Assembly: GCF_006345805.1 (NCBI RefSeq)
Contig: NC_043017.1
Location: 16,554,001 to 16,618,000, forward strand
Direction of reading: 5' to 3'
From: Octopus sinensis
Taxonomy: Eukaryota
Length of the DNA stretch: 64,000 bases
The notes beneath the pieces are model-generated. The model ran no database searches. It saw only the letters and a list, made by a program, of their open reading frames with translations, and was not told where the DNA came from. Of the stretch, positions 40,033 to 53,779 are shown piece after piece. A program made the position numbers and the translations under genes. Position 1 is the first letter of the stretch. Every line of letters starts with the position of its first letter.

Positions 40033-40768
40033 TTCTCCCCCCCTTCCTACATCAGCCATATTATACGAAAGACTTAGATTATTCAATGGATCCTTGATTA
40101 CACCATTATTATTAATTTATTTTGCTCGGGTCAAACCCTTTAGTTTGACCGATATGGTAATTAACTTTATCTTGTCCTGGACTACATATCTTCGCTTGTC
40201 TTTTTTTTCTAAGTCAGTAGCGTTCCGTTTGAGGGAGATTTGGGTGCTATTTCTAACAGGCTCAACGAGTGAGTACAGGTTGATGTCCGCCGATTCTTTT
40301 ATTTTTTAGCTCGAAAGTAGCGTTGCTACTTATTCCAGGATAGCAGACATGCTGTAGACCAAAGGCTAAAACCTTCAGGAATCGTGTACTCCGCATATTA
40401 TTTTGGTATATCCTCTCATAAAACGGTAGTGTGTGATTTGAGACATATGGCTGCTATTTCTAGCAGATTGAACGATCAAGTAGAAACACTTTGTCTAACA
40501 AGGTGACAGTGAAAGGTTGTGCAGCGAAAAAAGGTGTATGGGGGAGACGATCGACTGACATGCGGTATCTTGTGAACCCTATTGGCAAATGACCTCATAT
40601 TTTCGAAATATTGTTTGGTTATCAATCACCCCATGTCCAACGAATAAGGGTACTTGGGTACTTGTTGATCAGAATTTTTTTTAGGGTAGTTGTGGAAATA
40701 TTGGACAACCATATCTCGGCTGAGTTAGTTCCAAACATCAAAGTCGACAACTTTTTAGCAGAGTAACC

Positions 40769-40940
40769 CTGGCAGGATCGTTCGTACGCTGGATGAAATG
40801 CTTAGCGGTATTTCGCACGTCGCTACGTTCTGAGTTCAAATTCCGCCGAGGTCGACTTTGCCTTTCATCCTTCCGGGGTCGATGAAATCGAATATCCCGC
40901 TCCCCCAAATTTCAGGCCTTGAGCCCTATAGTAGAAAAGA
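40769..40940 (+). mobile_element. tRNA-related SINE (second family)
   Basis: GAAATGCTTAGCGGTATTTCG...GAGTTCAAATTCCGCCGAGGTCGACTTTGCC. Confidence 0.8.
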
Positions 40941-41895
40941 AAGAGTGGCCGGTGCTCGTTGAAATAATTTCACTAAATAAAAGAAAAATAATAAAGATAA
41001 TTCGGCGCACCTGCTAGGAATAACAGCCAAATCTCACAAACACTTTGTTTCCTTTTAACATTTAGAAAAATGGATATCTTTAGTATATATTCGACATATA
41101 CGCTGCGATAAAATAATGAAATATGTAATCAATCTACTATCTACACATGTATATATACGTTTATATATATACGAAAGAATTCTAAATTGCTTATAACCAT
41201 GTTCATCATCAACAGAGTAGTTGACATCATCACGTCATCATTAGCATTATCTGCAGTGGTTATTTTCGTGTTGTTATATTCAGGAACATCTTCACAAAAA
41301 ATATATAAATCATCATCATCTAACATCCATGTACCTCGCAGAACTACAAATCCTGTAGAGAGGGAATGATCTGAGGAGGGGCGGTAGTGCAGGTTTTTGT
41401 AGAGGACCAGTGTGGTTACTAATATCTACTAAGGAAAAAGGGTAAAGATCCCTTTTGGTCATCATTAACCATGAGATTGCACCTAGAAAGTTCCGCTCCA
41501 AGGTACAAATCCGGGCAAATTTGTTTATGGAAAACCGACAGTCACCCATGCATACCACAAGTATAGTTTATTTCATACGTTTACTTAATAATTACAAATT
41601 AAGAAGCTTTTTTTTAAAATGAGTTCATAAAAGATAGAATTTAACAAGCCAGACTTCAGTTCAACTCTTAATCACTGCATTTCTGAAGCAAAAATACAAT
41701 ACAAATTGGAGTGTAACAATTGAATAGGTTTATTTAACAAGTTTTAAGGGAATAAAATGTTTTATGATATTCATTTTAAGTTTTGAATTACAATTCAAAA
41801 TTGTCTTTTGATAGAAAAAGTGTTTATATTGAAATCACTGACCTTTTAAATAGGAAAAGAACAAGAGAAAATCACACCATGATTATATATGTAAT

Positions 41896-42573
41896 TTAAT
41901 ACCAATGTGAATCCGATGTCCTATTCTTACTGTATCGATATTCTTTCCCATCCTGGTTATATTTGTAGACATATCTGGCAGGAAAATATTCCATGTTTAA
42001 GCGATAATGGCGAAGATGTAGAAGCATGTGTCTTTCAAGAGTCTTTTTGTCCATCACTATCCTCTGTTTCTCCGCTGGCACCGTTTCAGGTAGGACATTC
42101 TTCTCAATCGGTTGTATTTCTTTGCGAATTACGAACTCACCATTGTCTTTGAGTAAACAGTGTTCAAAGTCTTTCTCTTCAGGATAACCATTTGGGAAGG
42201 TTATCGGTGTTATCTTTATCAGATGTTTTACTTTACTTAACATTTGGTTAATGCTTGGTATGTTCTTCAGCACAACCTTTTCGTTTTGACGACCAGTGAG
42301 GTTGAGGGCGAACATCGTGGCCTTTTCCCTCTGGGGTCTGCCCTTCAAAGTCTTCACTCGACTCACCATGTGTAACATTGAAGGTTCTTCAAGAGCACCT
42401 GTTTCACACTTGTTCGACACCAGATCTTCTCGTAAAGGCTTTGCCCATTTCATGGCCTTGCTTGCCATTTTCTCCTTTTTGCCTACCAGCCTGAATCGAA
42501 CTGAAGAATACATGACGGGGCTTTGATTCAAAAGACCGCATCGAAATATTGCAAAAAGATTCTGGGACGCCAT
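41896..42573 (-). CDS. MRPL30: 39S ribosomal protein L30, mitochondrial (225 aa, intronless CDS)
   Basis: LHMVSRVKTLKGRP.REK...VVLKNIPSINQMLSKVKHLIKITPITFPNG matches the MRPL30 core; the N-terminus is basic and transit-peptide-like. Confidence 0.9.
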   Translation of the reverse strand: MASQNLFAIFRCGLLNQSPVMYSSVRFRLVGKKEKMASKAMKWAKPLREDLVSNKCETGALEEPSMLHMVSRVKTLKGRPQREKATMFALNLTGRQNEKVVLKNIPSINQMLSKVKHLIKITPITFPNGYPEEKDFEHCLLKDNGEFVIRKEIQPIEKNVLPETVPAEKQRIVMDKKTLERHMLLHLRHYRLNMEYFPARYVYKYNQDGKEYRYSKNRTSDSHWY

Positions 42574-42704
42574 TTCCGCAAATCAATTCAAGGGCAAATA
42601 ACCCTGCTCTGATTATCTCCCCTGAATTAAATCGCACCCGCGTGGAAGGGTCACGCCTCGTTTCTAACAACCTTTAAATAAACTCATTCATTCTTTTGGT
42701 AAGT
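42574..42704. promoter_or_regulatory. Candidate bidirectional promoter / first non-coding exon between MRPL30 and QTRT2
   Basis: CpG-enriched patch (TCGCACCCGCGTGG...CACGCCTCG) and a plus-strand GTAAGT donor at 42699. Inference only. Confidence 0.4.
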
Positions 42705-43036
42705 TCCAGCTGTTTTTATTTTTGCGATTCCTCTTGTTTGTACACAACCGATTTTCATCTATCTAAATTGTCCGATTCCTTTTGATATATCTGCTAGTAA
42801 TGGACCAAACTTTACACAGCTCTTGTGATTCATTCCTGATCAAACATATCCGTTAGCTAAAGGTACTCCAGCATGGTCACCCTATCTTTTTTGCTTTTCA
42901 GGTACTAAAATCTTGTTTGCCAAGTGTCGTTTATATATGACGGTAGGGTGTGATTTTAAGGAGAATTGGTTAGCAATTCGCAGACCGAGCCGCTATTCCA
43001 TTAGTTCGCGCCAAAGGTAAACATGAAGAATGTTGT

Positions 43037-43540
43037 GTACTACTTGAGAACAGTGATCCCGGTGCGCGTAGTCGCGCATCCGTGCTAGATAGTCTGGTCT
43101 AGTGGATCCTACAACGACTTACCTAGCAAAGTAAATAAAACAAAATAAATAATTTTTGTTAAACAAAGTAAATAAAACACAAAGTAAAGGATCTTTTCGG
43201 TTTGAACGGCAGATTTTTCTAGCGGTGTCATATGAAATTGTCACCCATAATTATGATCCTAGAATCGATCTATTGCATTTCAATGTTTTAGGGTTAGGGT
43301 TAGGGGTGGGGGAAGGGTATCTTTTTTCTTCAGAAATGTAAATAAACCCAATCTGTTTCTTAAACGAGGGACATATTCATACGGCACAGAATTTTTTCAC
43401 CTCAATAGACGTCATTGATTGGTTGAAATTGCAGAAATTTCCAAACCATAGAATTTTCTCAATAAAGCCAAGGAAAAAAGATGTTTATTGAGAAAATTCT
43501 ATAGTTTGTAAGATATTTGTTGTTTTTTTTCTTCAATTCC
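43037..43540. mobile_element. Partial inverted copy of the 30082 MITE family
   Basis: Starts with the TIR GTACTACTTGAGAACAGTGATCCCG; internal TTAGGGTTAGGGTTAGGG. Confidence 0.8.
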
Positions 43541-43896
43541 TTCGAAACTGGTATTCTATATTGTTGCTCCCTTATTAAACCATATTGATTATGTTCTAAT
43601 CACTCTTATGGGGGCAAACCATCATTCATTATTGGTGAATAACCCCTTCAACACCCGAATAACTAATTAGCTAAGCTGGTCTCTGTAAAGTTTGCACACT
43701 GAGAATGATGCATTCAGTTTCTAGTGACCAAGTCCTTGCCTATGAAGCCTGTCTATATCCCTACAGTCTGAGGAACCAATGACTGAATTGAGGACACCCT
43801 ATGCTATTCCTGTTTATTGGCACACAAAACACTCTATGCATCATTTGAAGTGTCAATGCATACATAAATGATTTCGATTACTATACTTTATTTCAG

Positions 43897-44410
<514 letters not shown>

Positions 44411-44519
44411 TTCTTAAATTAATTTTTTATTCAGAAATATGTATACAAATAATTTTTAAAATGCTTAACTTTCTTTAATATAATCAAATTTCTTTTTTAG
44501 ATTTTTTTAAAATCAAAGA

Positions 44520-44643
44520 ATGATGAAATTCGTTATTCAAAAAGTTTGTCATGGTTCAGCTCGATGTGGAGTTTTAAGTCAGTTTGGCCAAAATGCTGAA
44601 CAAATTCTCGAAACCCCATTATGTATGTTGTATACTCGAGGAG
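44520..44643 (+). CDS. QTRT2: Queuine tRNA-ribosyltransferase accessory subunit 2, coding exon 1
   Basis: MMKFVIQKVCHGSARCGVLSQFGQNAEQILETPLCMLYTRG(G), then a GTAAGT donor. Aligns to the QTRT2 N-terminus (RLG...P.CLLYT.TG). Confidence 0.85.
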
Positions 44644-44805
44644 GTAAGTTTAATTTTTAGGGGTCTTAATCAAACAACAAACGTTTTTACTCATGTGCAG
44701 TCAGTGAAGAACAGAGTTCTCTGAAGAGAGTCACAGAAGGTATTGAGAAGAGATATTGTTTGTTATGTGTTGTTTCTGATTGACGTTTGTATTGTTGTAA
44801 CCTTG

Positions 44806-45117
44806 CTGCTCTAACCACATGGCCTAGTGGTTAGAGCAGAGGACTCGCAGTCGAGGGATCGCAGGTTCGAATCTCAGACCGGGTGATGTGTGTGGTTATG
44901 AGCAAAACACCTAAGCTCCACGCGGCTCCGGCAGAAGGTAATGGCGAAACTTCTGCTGACTCTTTCGCCACAACATTCTCTCAGTCTTTCCTCTTGCATC
45001 TTGCAGCTCACCTGTGATGGACCGGCGTCCCATCCAGGTGAGGATACTATATGCTAAGGAAACCGGGAAACCGGCCCTTATGAGCCAGGCATGGCTCAAG
45101 AAGGAACAAACAACAAC
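44806..45117 (+). mobile_element. Full-length tRNA-derived SINE (third family) with a 15-bp TSD
   Basis: A-box TGGCCTAGTGG, B-box GGTTCGAATC, (AAC)n tail, TSD ATTGTTGTAACCTTG at 44791-44805 and 45118-45132. Confidence 0.9.
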
Positions 45118-46119
45118 ATTGTTGTAACCTTGTTATAAGTCCGTGTTATAAAGTGGCATATACAGTGAGTTCAAAGAAGCAGATAATAGTGTCGACGAGA
45201 CACATTTCCTATACATCAATAGCCTACTTGCTGTTACCTCCAACAATGCCAACTCATGTGCAGAAAATATCCCTTCATTCCTCTCTCTAACCTTCTGCAT
45301 CCAAGTATTATCCACCTGCAACCAAGACACTTTATGCCAAACCTTCGATGTCTTCTCGAAGAGAAAAATCAAAAACGTTCTCCAGTGGATTCTTGTTAAT
45401 CTTGTCCCATTTGACAGCACAGACACCATCAAAACATGCCAAAAACACAATATCGTGCCTCACCTCATAAACAACTTGCAGCTAGAATTCTCAAGGTACA
45501 TTAAAAATACTAGGCTCCACCATTGTTAGCAATCTCTCCCTGGCCATCACAAAGACCAACCTTCTTCACTGTCAGAATTTACTTCATTTCACTGTAATCT
45601 GTACAATATTTTTTGTCATGGGTTTCTAATAGGCTGGTCCCTGGTTAACCCTAACCCTAATGCAGTGCAGAATGATTACAAATGATTTTTGTTTGAAGAG
45701 CACTTTTTAAAAAATTGTTTCAATCTTGTTTACATCCTTTATCAACATACATTAGTGAAAGATGTATGCAAGTATGTATACACACACTTACAACAATCTT
45801 TCACACAGTTCTTACCTACTGAATTCCACTTGTCAGGTACAGGTCAGTCCAAGGCTGTGGTAAGAAATGCCCAAAATGTCCTGCTGTAGGATTGAATCCT
45901 GAACCAGTCGTGCCATTTTCTACATTTTGTCATCTGCACTTGAAGACTCCTTCAAAAGTGACACAATTACAAAACCACTTACATATTATCTGCACTTGTT
46001 TTTTTTTTATTTTCTTTGATGTTTGCTCATTATTTTATTCCTAATATTTGAAGTCATGGCTGCTGGAACTTGTAGTCAGTATGAAGTTGGTTAAAAAAAA
46101 TTATTCTTATAATGGAAAT

Positions 46120-46458
46120 TGTAGTTGTGATACCAGTGCCAGTGGCATGTAAAAGAACCATTCGAACATGGCCATTGCCAGCGCTGCCTTGACTGGCTTC
46201 CATGGCATGTAAAAAGCACCAACCCATCGTGGCCGTTGCCAGCCCCGCCTGGCACCTGTGCCGGTGGTACGTAAAAAGCACCCACTACACTCATGGAGTG
46301 GTTGGCGTTAGGAAGGGCATCAAGCTGTAGAAACACTGCCAGATCAGACTGGGCCTGGTGCAGCCTTCTGGCTTCCCAGACCCTGGTCGAATTGTCCAAC
46401 CCATGCTAGCATGGAAAGCGGATGTTAAATGATGATGATGATGATGATGATGATGATG
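46120..46458 (+). mobile_element. RTE 3' UTR fragment with (GAT)n tail
   Basis: Same internal repeats and tail as 34801-35320. Confidence 0.85.
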
Positions 46459-46782
46459 CTAAAAATAAAAAAATAAAAATTAGAATCCAAGAAAATAATG
46501 TTTTAGAAAATGAGTCAATGGTTGAGCAGGCTGCTAGAAGTTGCAGCAAAGTTTTCCTCAAATCATTCCCTTCTGTAATGATACATAAAATATGTAATAC
46601 TAGATATACATTGTCAGAAAAATACACGGTCAATGTCTTTTGATCATAAAGTTGCTTGATGGTGGTAAACAGCAACAATAGTTAAGAAAATCTGTAAAAT
46701 GTGATAAGATTTTGTGCTGTGAAGTTGGGGGTCTAACATTTTAAACAGGGCCCATCTTTCAAGAAGAAAATCTATCAGTAGG

Positions 46783-47190
46783 CGCAGGAGTGGCTGTGAG
46801 GTAAGTAGCTTGCTAACCAACCACATGGTTCCGGGTTCAGTCCTACTGTGTGGCATCTTGGGCAAGTGTCTTCTGCTATAGCCCCGGGCTGACCAATGCC
46901 TTGTGAGTGGATTTGGTAGACGGAAACTGAAAGAAGCCTGTCGTATATATGTATATATATATATGTATGTGTGCATGTGTTTGTGTGTCTGCGTTTGTCC
47001 CCCTAGCATTGCTTGACAACCGATGCTGGTGTGTTTACGTCCCCGTCACTTAGCGGTTCGGCAAAAGAGACCGATAGAATAAGTACTGGCTTACAAAGAA
47101 TAAGTCCCGGGGTCGATTTGCTTGACTAAAGGCGGTGCTCCAGCATGGCCGCAGTCAAATGACTGAAACAAGTAAAAGAGTAAAAGAGAG
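46783..47190 (+). mobile_element. tRNA-derived SINE, near full length
   Basis: GGCGCAGGAGTGGCTGTG...GGGTTCAGTCC...AAGTAAAAGAGTAAAAGAG. Confidence 0.9.
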
Positions 47191-47281
47191 AGAGTATAGT
47201 GTAATATTTTTTTTTTTGCTATAAATATTTTTCCTTCAGCTTGTTGTCTTTTAAAATGGTTTAGAAATTATTTTTTTAAAG

Positions 47282-47363
47282 GTAGCACACCTCACATTTC
47301 TGGAGATATTTTAAATCACATGAAGAACATTCCTGGATTAATCCAAGTCCCTTTCAGTCACTT
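47282..47363 (+). CDS. QTRT2: QTRT2 coding exon 2
   Basis: (G)STPHISGDILNHMKNIPGLIQVPFSH(F). AG/GT boundaries, and phases join exons 1 and 3. Confidence 0.85.
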
Positions 47364-48174
47364 GTAAGTTTTTGCCTCGTTTTCCAAACCACTGTTTTTT
47401 TCTTTTCCATACTTATGCTGTGAGTGTGTCATCAGATGTAAATAATTTTGTTTCCCCAATACAAAATATTGAAGAGATTAAACAGAGTATATCAAACTTG
47501 ATATGTAAATAGTAGGCAAATTTCATCTTCTATGTTTATGAATTTTGTTCTGTTTTTAAGTTACTGATACAGATTCAGTGCAGTAGCGACTAATGCTACA
47601 GGCTGTATGGCAAGGATGCGAATTTACCTCTGAATTAAACCCTTTAGTGTTTAAAGTGGCCAAATCCGGCCCAATATATTTCACATGTTTCATATTCAAA
47701 CTTGCCATATCCAGCCTCTCACACCTAACCTACATTGACATTCTAAAAATAAACAATCACATCATTGAAACCTCAAAGCTATAAGGTAATGCATGATTAA
47801 TTCAAAACAATTTAAATAAAAAAGCATTACATTTAACAGTGTAATCTGAACACTAAAGGGTTAAGATGTCCCTGTAACATAGTAGTTTAGCAAAAGCGAA
47901 TAAGTACTGGGCTTAAAAAAAGTCTTTGGATTGATCTGTTCACCTAAAACCCTTCAAGGCAATGCTCCAGCATGGCCACAATCAGATGACTGAAACAAGT
48001 AAAAAGTGAAAAAAAAATTTTTCAGTAATTAGTCCAGTAGTTGTGAATAAGTAATATGGAGAAAGATACACATCTCTAATGTGAATAGTGGGAGCACTAT
48101 ATAATTGCCGAGTATTCTATTAGCTTGCTGTGCTGCCCTCAGCTTAATAAAAAGACTCAAACGTTATACAGTTA

Positions 48175-49026
48175 CAGGGTGTTCTGGTTAAATATGATGG
48201 TTTTTTTAATGCTTTCCTTTTGTCAGGAACAGTTTGATATATTGGTGAACAGTCAAGAGTGTTGGAAAACCTAAAGACTAAAGTTGTAGTTGAAAAAAAA
48301 AATTAGCAGACATGGAAGACTGGAAGCCATGTGAATACTGGAGAAGAGTTGCCTGTATCAAGATGATTCACAAAATGTCAACATTATGACTGCTGCTCAG
48401 TACTCTGTGAACCCTGTAAAGGTTGTAAGATGTGATATAAAGAGCTGCAATGGAAACTATGAAGCTGTGGCCAGCAGGAAGGGACACAGTAAGCATTCTG
48501 ACTGTGTCCACATACCTAAATCTATCCCCACATCTTTGAACAGGGCCTCAGTCTCAATTCAGATATTTATGTGAAGCTGCTGGAGACTGTGGTCAATCCC
48601 CAGTTGGAGAGGGTTGTGTGGAAGCAGGATGCAGCTCCTTGCAATACTTCTGGAAAGAGTCAAAGGGGGTTGTCAGGGAATCTCTACAACTTCATCAGCC
48701 CCAATTTCCAGCCCCCTAATTCCCTGAATTGTTATCCCATGGATTACTTTGTGTGGGGCACAGTTGAGAAAGATACCAACTGCTCTGCCTGCAACACCAA
48801 GGCTGAGCTGGTGGCCAAGATCAAGGAATTGTTCAAAGATCTTCCAAGGACACAGTGAGGAATGAATGCACCAAATTCTGGAGTCACCTTGAGGTCATAG
48901 TGAAACCGAGGATGGCTACTTTGAGTAAACTGTTATCTCCCAGCCATAATCTTGTTGATATTTTTGGATGGAATTTTGTGTTTTCTTTTCCTTTTATGCA
49001 AACTGTCAAATTTAGCCTGAAAACTG
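48175..49026 (+). mobile_element. Tc1/mariner-superfamily transposon relic
   Basis: WKQDAAPCNT...PPNSLNCYPMDYFVWG is a decayed QQD.AP.H / WPPNSPDLNP.D motif. Degenerate TIRs are CAGGGTGTTCTGGTTAAAT and AAATTTAGCCTGAAAACTG. Confidence 0.75.
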
Positions 49027-49085
49027 TCTTTTAGTTTATCACTAATAATTTTAACTTAATTTGTTATTTCTTTGTTTTGTATTAG

Positions 49086-49149
49086 TGTTGAACATCAGGA
49101 AACATTGGAATATTTTGGCAAAGGCATAAAACAGTTTGCTTCACTGAAA
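49086..49149 (+). CDS. QTRT2: QTRT2 coding exon 3
   Basis: VEHQETLEYFGKGIKQFASLK, with a TAG acceptor and GTAAGT donor. Confidence 0.85.
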
Positions 49150-50477
49150 GTAAGTTTTTCCCACTTAATCTTTTTTTTTTTCTTAAAAGAAAAAAGAAAA
49201 AGATAAAAAATCAATCAGGAATTTAAATTTGTAAAAGTTTATAGTCTTGGTGGTTTGAAAGTTTTTTTTATTATTATTTAAAGAAAGATATTTTCAAATC
49301 TGTGTTGTTGAGGATATGGGAGTATGGGGGTTGTAAAATGTGCCTTAATACTGTAGCAACATTTATGATAAATGTATTTTTAATTAGTAATATAATGGTT
49401 CTATTTTTATTTATATACATTTTAAGTTAGTTTCAAAATTTGAAATTGACCAAACTAAAGAACCAACTAGAAGTTAGCTGGAGTTGGATTGTTGAGAGCT
49501 AAAGTCTTGGTCCTGAATAGAATATGGTGGCATTGATGAGTATAAACTACTGTTATTTTTGTTGGCCTTGCATTCTATGTTCATCCATCTGTAATCTCAG
49601 GAAAATTAGGATATGCTTTGTTGACTATGCTTAATTGTGGTAAATAAAAGGATCTGAGGAAACTAAGTAAGCATTCTGACTGTGTCCACATATCTAAATC
49701 TATCCCCATATCTTTGAACAGGGCCTTAGGCTCAATTCAGATATTTATGTGAAGCTGCTGGAGACTGTGGTGAATCCCCAGTTGTCATCAAAAATAAACT
49801 GCTGAAAAGTCGATTAAATTAATTTGGCATAACGAAGGCAGAAAGTCCAATATTTCATTAAGTACTGATTGTCAGCAGGTCCTGCCAAAATATTAGGGTT
49901 TTTTTTTCCTGTCGTTGCAAACCAATTTATGCTTAAACATGTTGACCCATCATACAGTGAATTTTGTTCACCAATATTCTTTATTAATTCTTGCATGATG
50001 GCTGTGAAGTTGCAATGCTGCTGTATTAATCATATAGTCATGAATTCACTACTGTCATTCTGTTGTAGCTCTGAACAAATTATCTACATTTGCTCACTTC
50101 ATTTTACCTGACTGAATAAAAGCAGGTTCTACTCCTACTTTATGATTGAGTGACGGAGGCCATGAAGAATTTTCAGTCGTAGAAGCAGTTGCTCTTTCAA
50201 ATGAAACATCCAGCCTCTGAGCCAGCAGATACCTCTGCTTGGTTGCTTAACATGATAAGAATAATTCTCAAGCCATATGCTCCTATTTTAAAAGCAGAAG
50301 GACACATTGGATATTGTAGTCCAAGATATATTATGGCCAAACTAAGACAGGATGGCTACGACTGGATCACCTGTAATTGTTGCTTGGCTGGAACAGGGCT
50401 GACTTTGAGTTAAACAACAACAGTCCACATATGCAACATGGAAAAATAGATGCAATACTAAGAAAGGAAATTCTTTA

Positions 50478-50859
50478 TCTCTCTCTATATAAACGGCAGT
50501 TTGTCTGTCTGCGTGTCTGTGTGTCTGTTAGGTTGTACCCTCACCCTGACCACGGCTTTCAACCGATTCTGATGAAACTTGACACACACATAGCCCAATG
50601 TCATAATTCAAAACTAACGCAGCGAAAATTTTGAAAAGTTCCCCCAGTTCTGAAAAAAATCGATAAATTCGACATGGGGTCGAGAATCAGAAACACAAAC
50701 CACAGACTGTCTAGGGGACGCAACTCGACCTTTTTAACTCTCAAAAAAATTTACCATAATTTTTTTTCCATTTTTTGCTATTTTTTGGCTATAACTCTCT
50801 AAAAATGCTTTATAGTTATTTCCCTTACAAACCTGAGCAACATCGGGCGATACTGCTAG
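50478..50859 (+). mobile_element. Non-autonomous Helitron
   Basis: A|TC 5' end, CTAG|T 3' end, subterminal imperfect hairpin (CCTGAGCAACATCGGG), no TSD. Confidence 0.75.
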
Positions 50860-51781
50860 TTTACAATAAATAGCAAGTAAAGTGATCTAAGTTTGTATAC
50901 TGAAACTCAAGCAATTACACTGTTGAAAGAGCCATTTTAACAAACTAAAAAAAAAAAAAATTTCATCACACCACTGTGGCCTGATTATGATATGTGCAGC
51001 TGTGGAATCGTTTCGGTGAATAAGGTTGCTATAATGTAACAAATCTTTTGGATACTTCATAGAATAAATGGAAAGTGAATATAGTGGGTTTTGTGTAATT
51101 CTAAATGGTGAGAATAGTTTTTCTATATTTATATATTGTTACTCCTGAATAGAATTAGACTCAAGCTAAGCAAACTATAGAAACCCTTCAAAATCTCAGA
51201 ATTATGTCTCATTCATTAATATAATTTGTGAATTAAAACAATTAATCTGTGCATTATTTACATAGTTTCATTCAAGCTAGAAGAATTCTTGGAGCATCGG
51301 AAAACTGCTGTACAGTATTTCTTTCACTTTTTTATGTGCTGAGTTCAAATCCCACCAAGACCAACTTTGCCTTTTATTCTTTTGGGTGGGATAACATAAA
51401 ATAACTGTCAAGGCTTTAGGATCAATGATATTAACTAATCCCTCAAAATGCAGATTTCATGCCTGGATTAAAAACAATTACTTTATAATTATACTTATAA
51501 AAGGAACCACTCTTCTCTTCACTCCACTCCACTTGGTTATATTTGGCATTTTGGAAACATTTTTGTCATGTTCAGTTGCTATTCAATGTTGCTCTCCATT
51601 AGCAATTTGCCAAACAGAGCCCATAGCTAAATCTTGTCTTGTTTTTAGGTATTCTTCTGAGGATACTACAGTTTAAGGCCTTACCCTGCCAAAATCTAAC
51701 CCTATTTAATGTGTATTACTTTTTTTTTACAAACTGAACAAAGCAAAGCATCATTCTTCCATCTCTTTTTTTGTTTTACAG

Positions 51782-51886
51782 AATGGTTTCATATACACTT
51801 CAGTTCAAGATCCTGCTGCAGAAGTTCCATCTGGTTACAATGATAAAAATGGTGTAGCAGTTTGGAGTAAAGGTGGAAAAACAATG
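51782..51886 (+). CDS. QTRT2: QTRT2 coding exon 4
   Basis: NGFIYTSVQDPAAEVPSGYNDKNGVAVWSKGGKTM aligns to LLYCSLHDPVSPCPAGY...VSVWS..G. Confidence 0.88.
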
Positions 51887-52039
51887 GTATCCCATAACCA
51901 GATTTTTGTTATCTTCCTCTGAATCAGACTTAATTGCATCATTTGCTTTAATGCCACCACCTGGTCAGGACATTGAGAGTGATTGTGTGCAGGTAGGCAT
52001 GTGAGGCCGAGCGGATGGCATTCAGCAGGTAGGGAATAT

Positions 52040-52735
52040 GGGTGAGGGAAGATGGGTTGTAGGGAGTTTTGACTGAGGAAGACAGACAGATTGTGTGTTT
52101 GTGTTTCCAGTGGGTGGGGGTGGGGCATAGATTTAAAGGACATGGTTGTATGGCCATGATTCTACTTAGCTTGGCATGTCTTCTTAAGCAGAGTAAATTG
52201 CCAGATGCCTCAGTCATTTGTCACCTCCTCAATGAGGCTCAACATCTGAAGATCTTCTCACTACTTCATCCCAAGTCTTCCTCTTCCACAGGTTCCCTCC
52301 ACAATCAGGGATCAACACTTCTTTATGCAGTTGTCCTCATCCACAAGCATTACCTGACCATACCAGATGCCTCTTACATGCATTTTTTTTCTTAAGACAT
52401 TTATGCACACTGACATTCAGGAGAGCATGCTGGCTTCATTTCTTTCAAGCTTACACATGTCCTCTGTTGTCACAGCCCCTTTTTTCACTGCCATGTATCA
52501 TAGCTGTCCATACAGTCATACAATCTGCTTTTCATTCAGAGGGCACATAAAAGCCAGTGGCACGTAAAAGCACCCACTACACTCTCGGAGTGGTTGGCGT
52601 TACGAAGGGCATCCAGCTGTAGAAACTGCCAGATCAAGATTGGAGCCTGGTGCAGCCATCTAGTTTGCCAGTCCTCAGTCGAATTATCCAACCCATGCTA
52701 GCATGGAAAGTGGACGTTAAATGATGATGATGATA
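52040..52735. mobile_element. Degenerate minus-strand RTE C-terminal fragment joined to a plus-strand RTE 3' tail
   Basis: Similar to 35321-35760 (minus) up to about 52550, then the GTGGCACGTAAAAGCACCC...GATGATGATGAT tail. Confidence 0.65.
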
Positions 52736-53061
52736 AAATTTTCACATCTTTGAAACAAATGAATTTGTCTGTACAATGTTGCTCTTGTGTCAGGGCGAGA
52801 TTTTATATAATCTAAAGAATCTTTACTTTATGACTTCAGTACTTCAAGGGACCTCTCTTAATATGTTAAAATTTATATCTTGTTCAGTCTACTAAAAATA
52901 GCAGCTAAATCATCTTCAATTTGTGAAACAGTTTCAATTCTCAGTTGAAATTTGGTTCACTTTAGTTGCACTACATATGCCCATATACTCTCTTGACTAT
53001 TTGCCTCCTTAAAAACAACTGAAACAAATCAATAGTTAATGTGTTTATATTGTATTTACAG

Positions 53062-53232
53062 GCTGATGTTGAGCTTTTCATGAAATCAATGGAAGCTATG
53101 ATGCCAGATTTTTACCAAGCCCTCAGTGATGGTGACACTGAACAGAGTAGCACAGCTAAGCGCACCAAGAAATCTGTGGATAGAACTTTGGATTTTTTAG
53201 ATGAAATCTTACAAATACACAACAAGTCACCA
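53062..53232 (+). CDS. QTRT2: QTRT2 coding exon 5
   Basis: ADVELFMKSMEAMMPDFYQALSDGD...KRTKKSVDRTLDFLDEIL matches QPDWFQCLSDG...KSVDRSL.FLD. Confidence 0.92.
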
Positions 53233-53779
53233 GTAAGTGTTCACAGTTTCTTTTTCTGACACTTTTCTTTTTCTGTTATTTTATGAAAAATTCTCTGGCT
53301 GAAAGTAAATGTCTCTATATAGATCTGGTGGTGGAACTAAAGATATAGATGCAGGCATGATTGTGTAGTTGAGGAATTTGCTTAACAAATATATCATTCT
53401 AGATTTGGTTTGATATGGTTCTTTGTGCAAATGTTTATTACTATAATCTTATGTTAACCAATACTTTCTGAGTGGAATACATGTGTGTATGTTTGTGTAA
53501 ACTGGAGGAAATGTATCCCTATAAATCTGCAAGTCATAAGGTGTACTTAGCTGTTTGACAGATAGAAATTGATAACTATTAGGATTAAGATTAACTAAGA
53601 GAAAAAAGATCCTGAAAGGCACTGCCTCAGCATGGCCAGAGCTCAGTAACTTAAACCAGTGTAAGGATAAGAGTAAAAGAAGGTAAGCATTAATGTGGAT
53701 GAATATCATACAAAAAAAAGTAATTAATTAAAACAAACTGGCAGACATAGAAAGAAATTGTCTAAGGGTGACAGATAGG

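Noticed and set aside
43285-43310. Telomere or chromosome-fusion site suggested by TTAGGG repeats
   Set aside because: Only 2-3 units are present, always embedded in a dispersed MITE family.
44806-44885. tRNA gene candidates (also 24822-24892 and other A/B-box hits)
   Set aside because: These are tRNA-like heads of SINEs: they lack a proper acceptor stem and continue into SINE body and tail, with a TSD in the 44806 case.
45133-45450. 105-aa minus-strand ORF in QTRT2 intron 1
   Set aside because: It has no recognisable motif or supporting splice signals, and is probably decayed repeat sequence.
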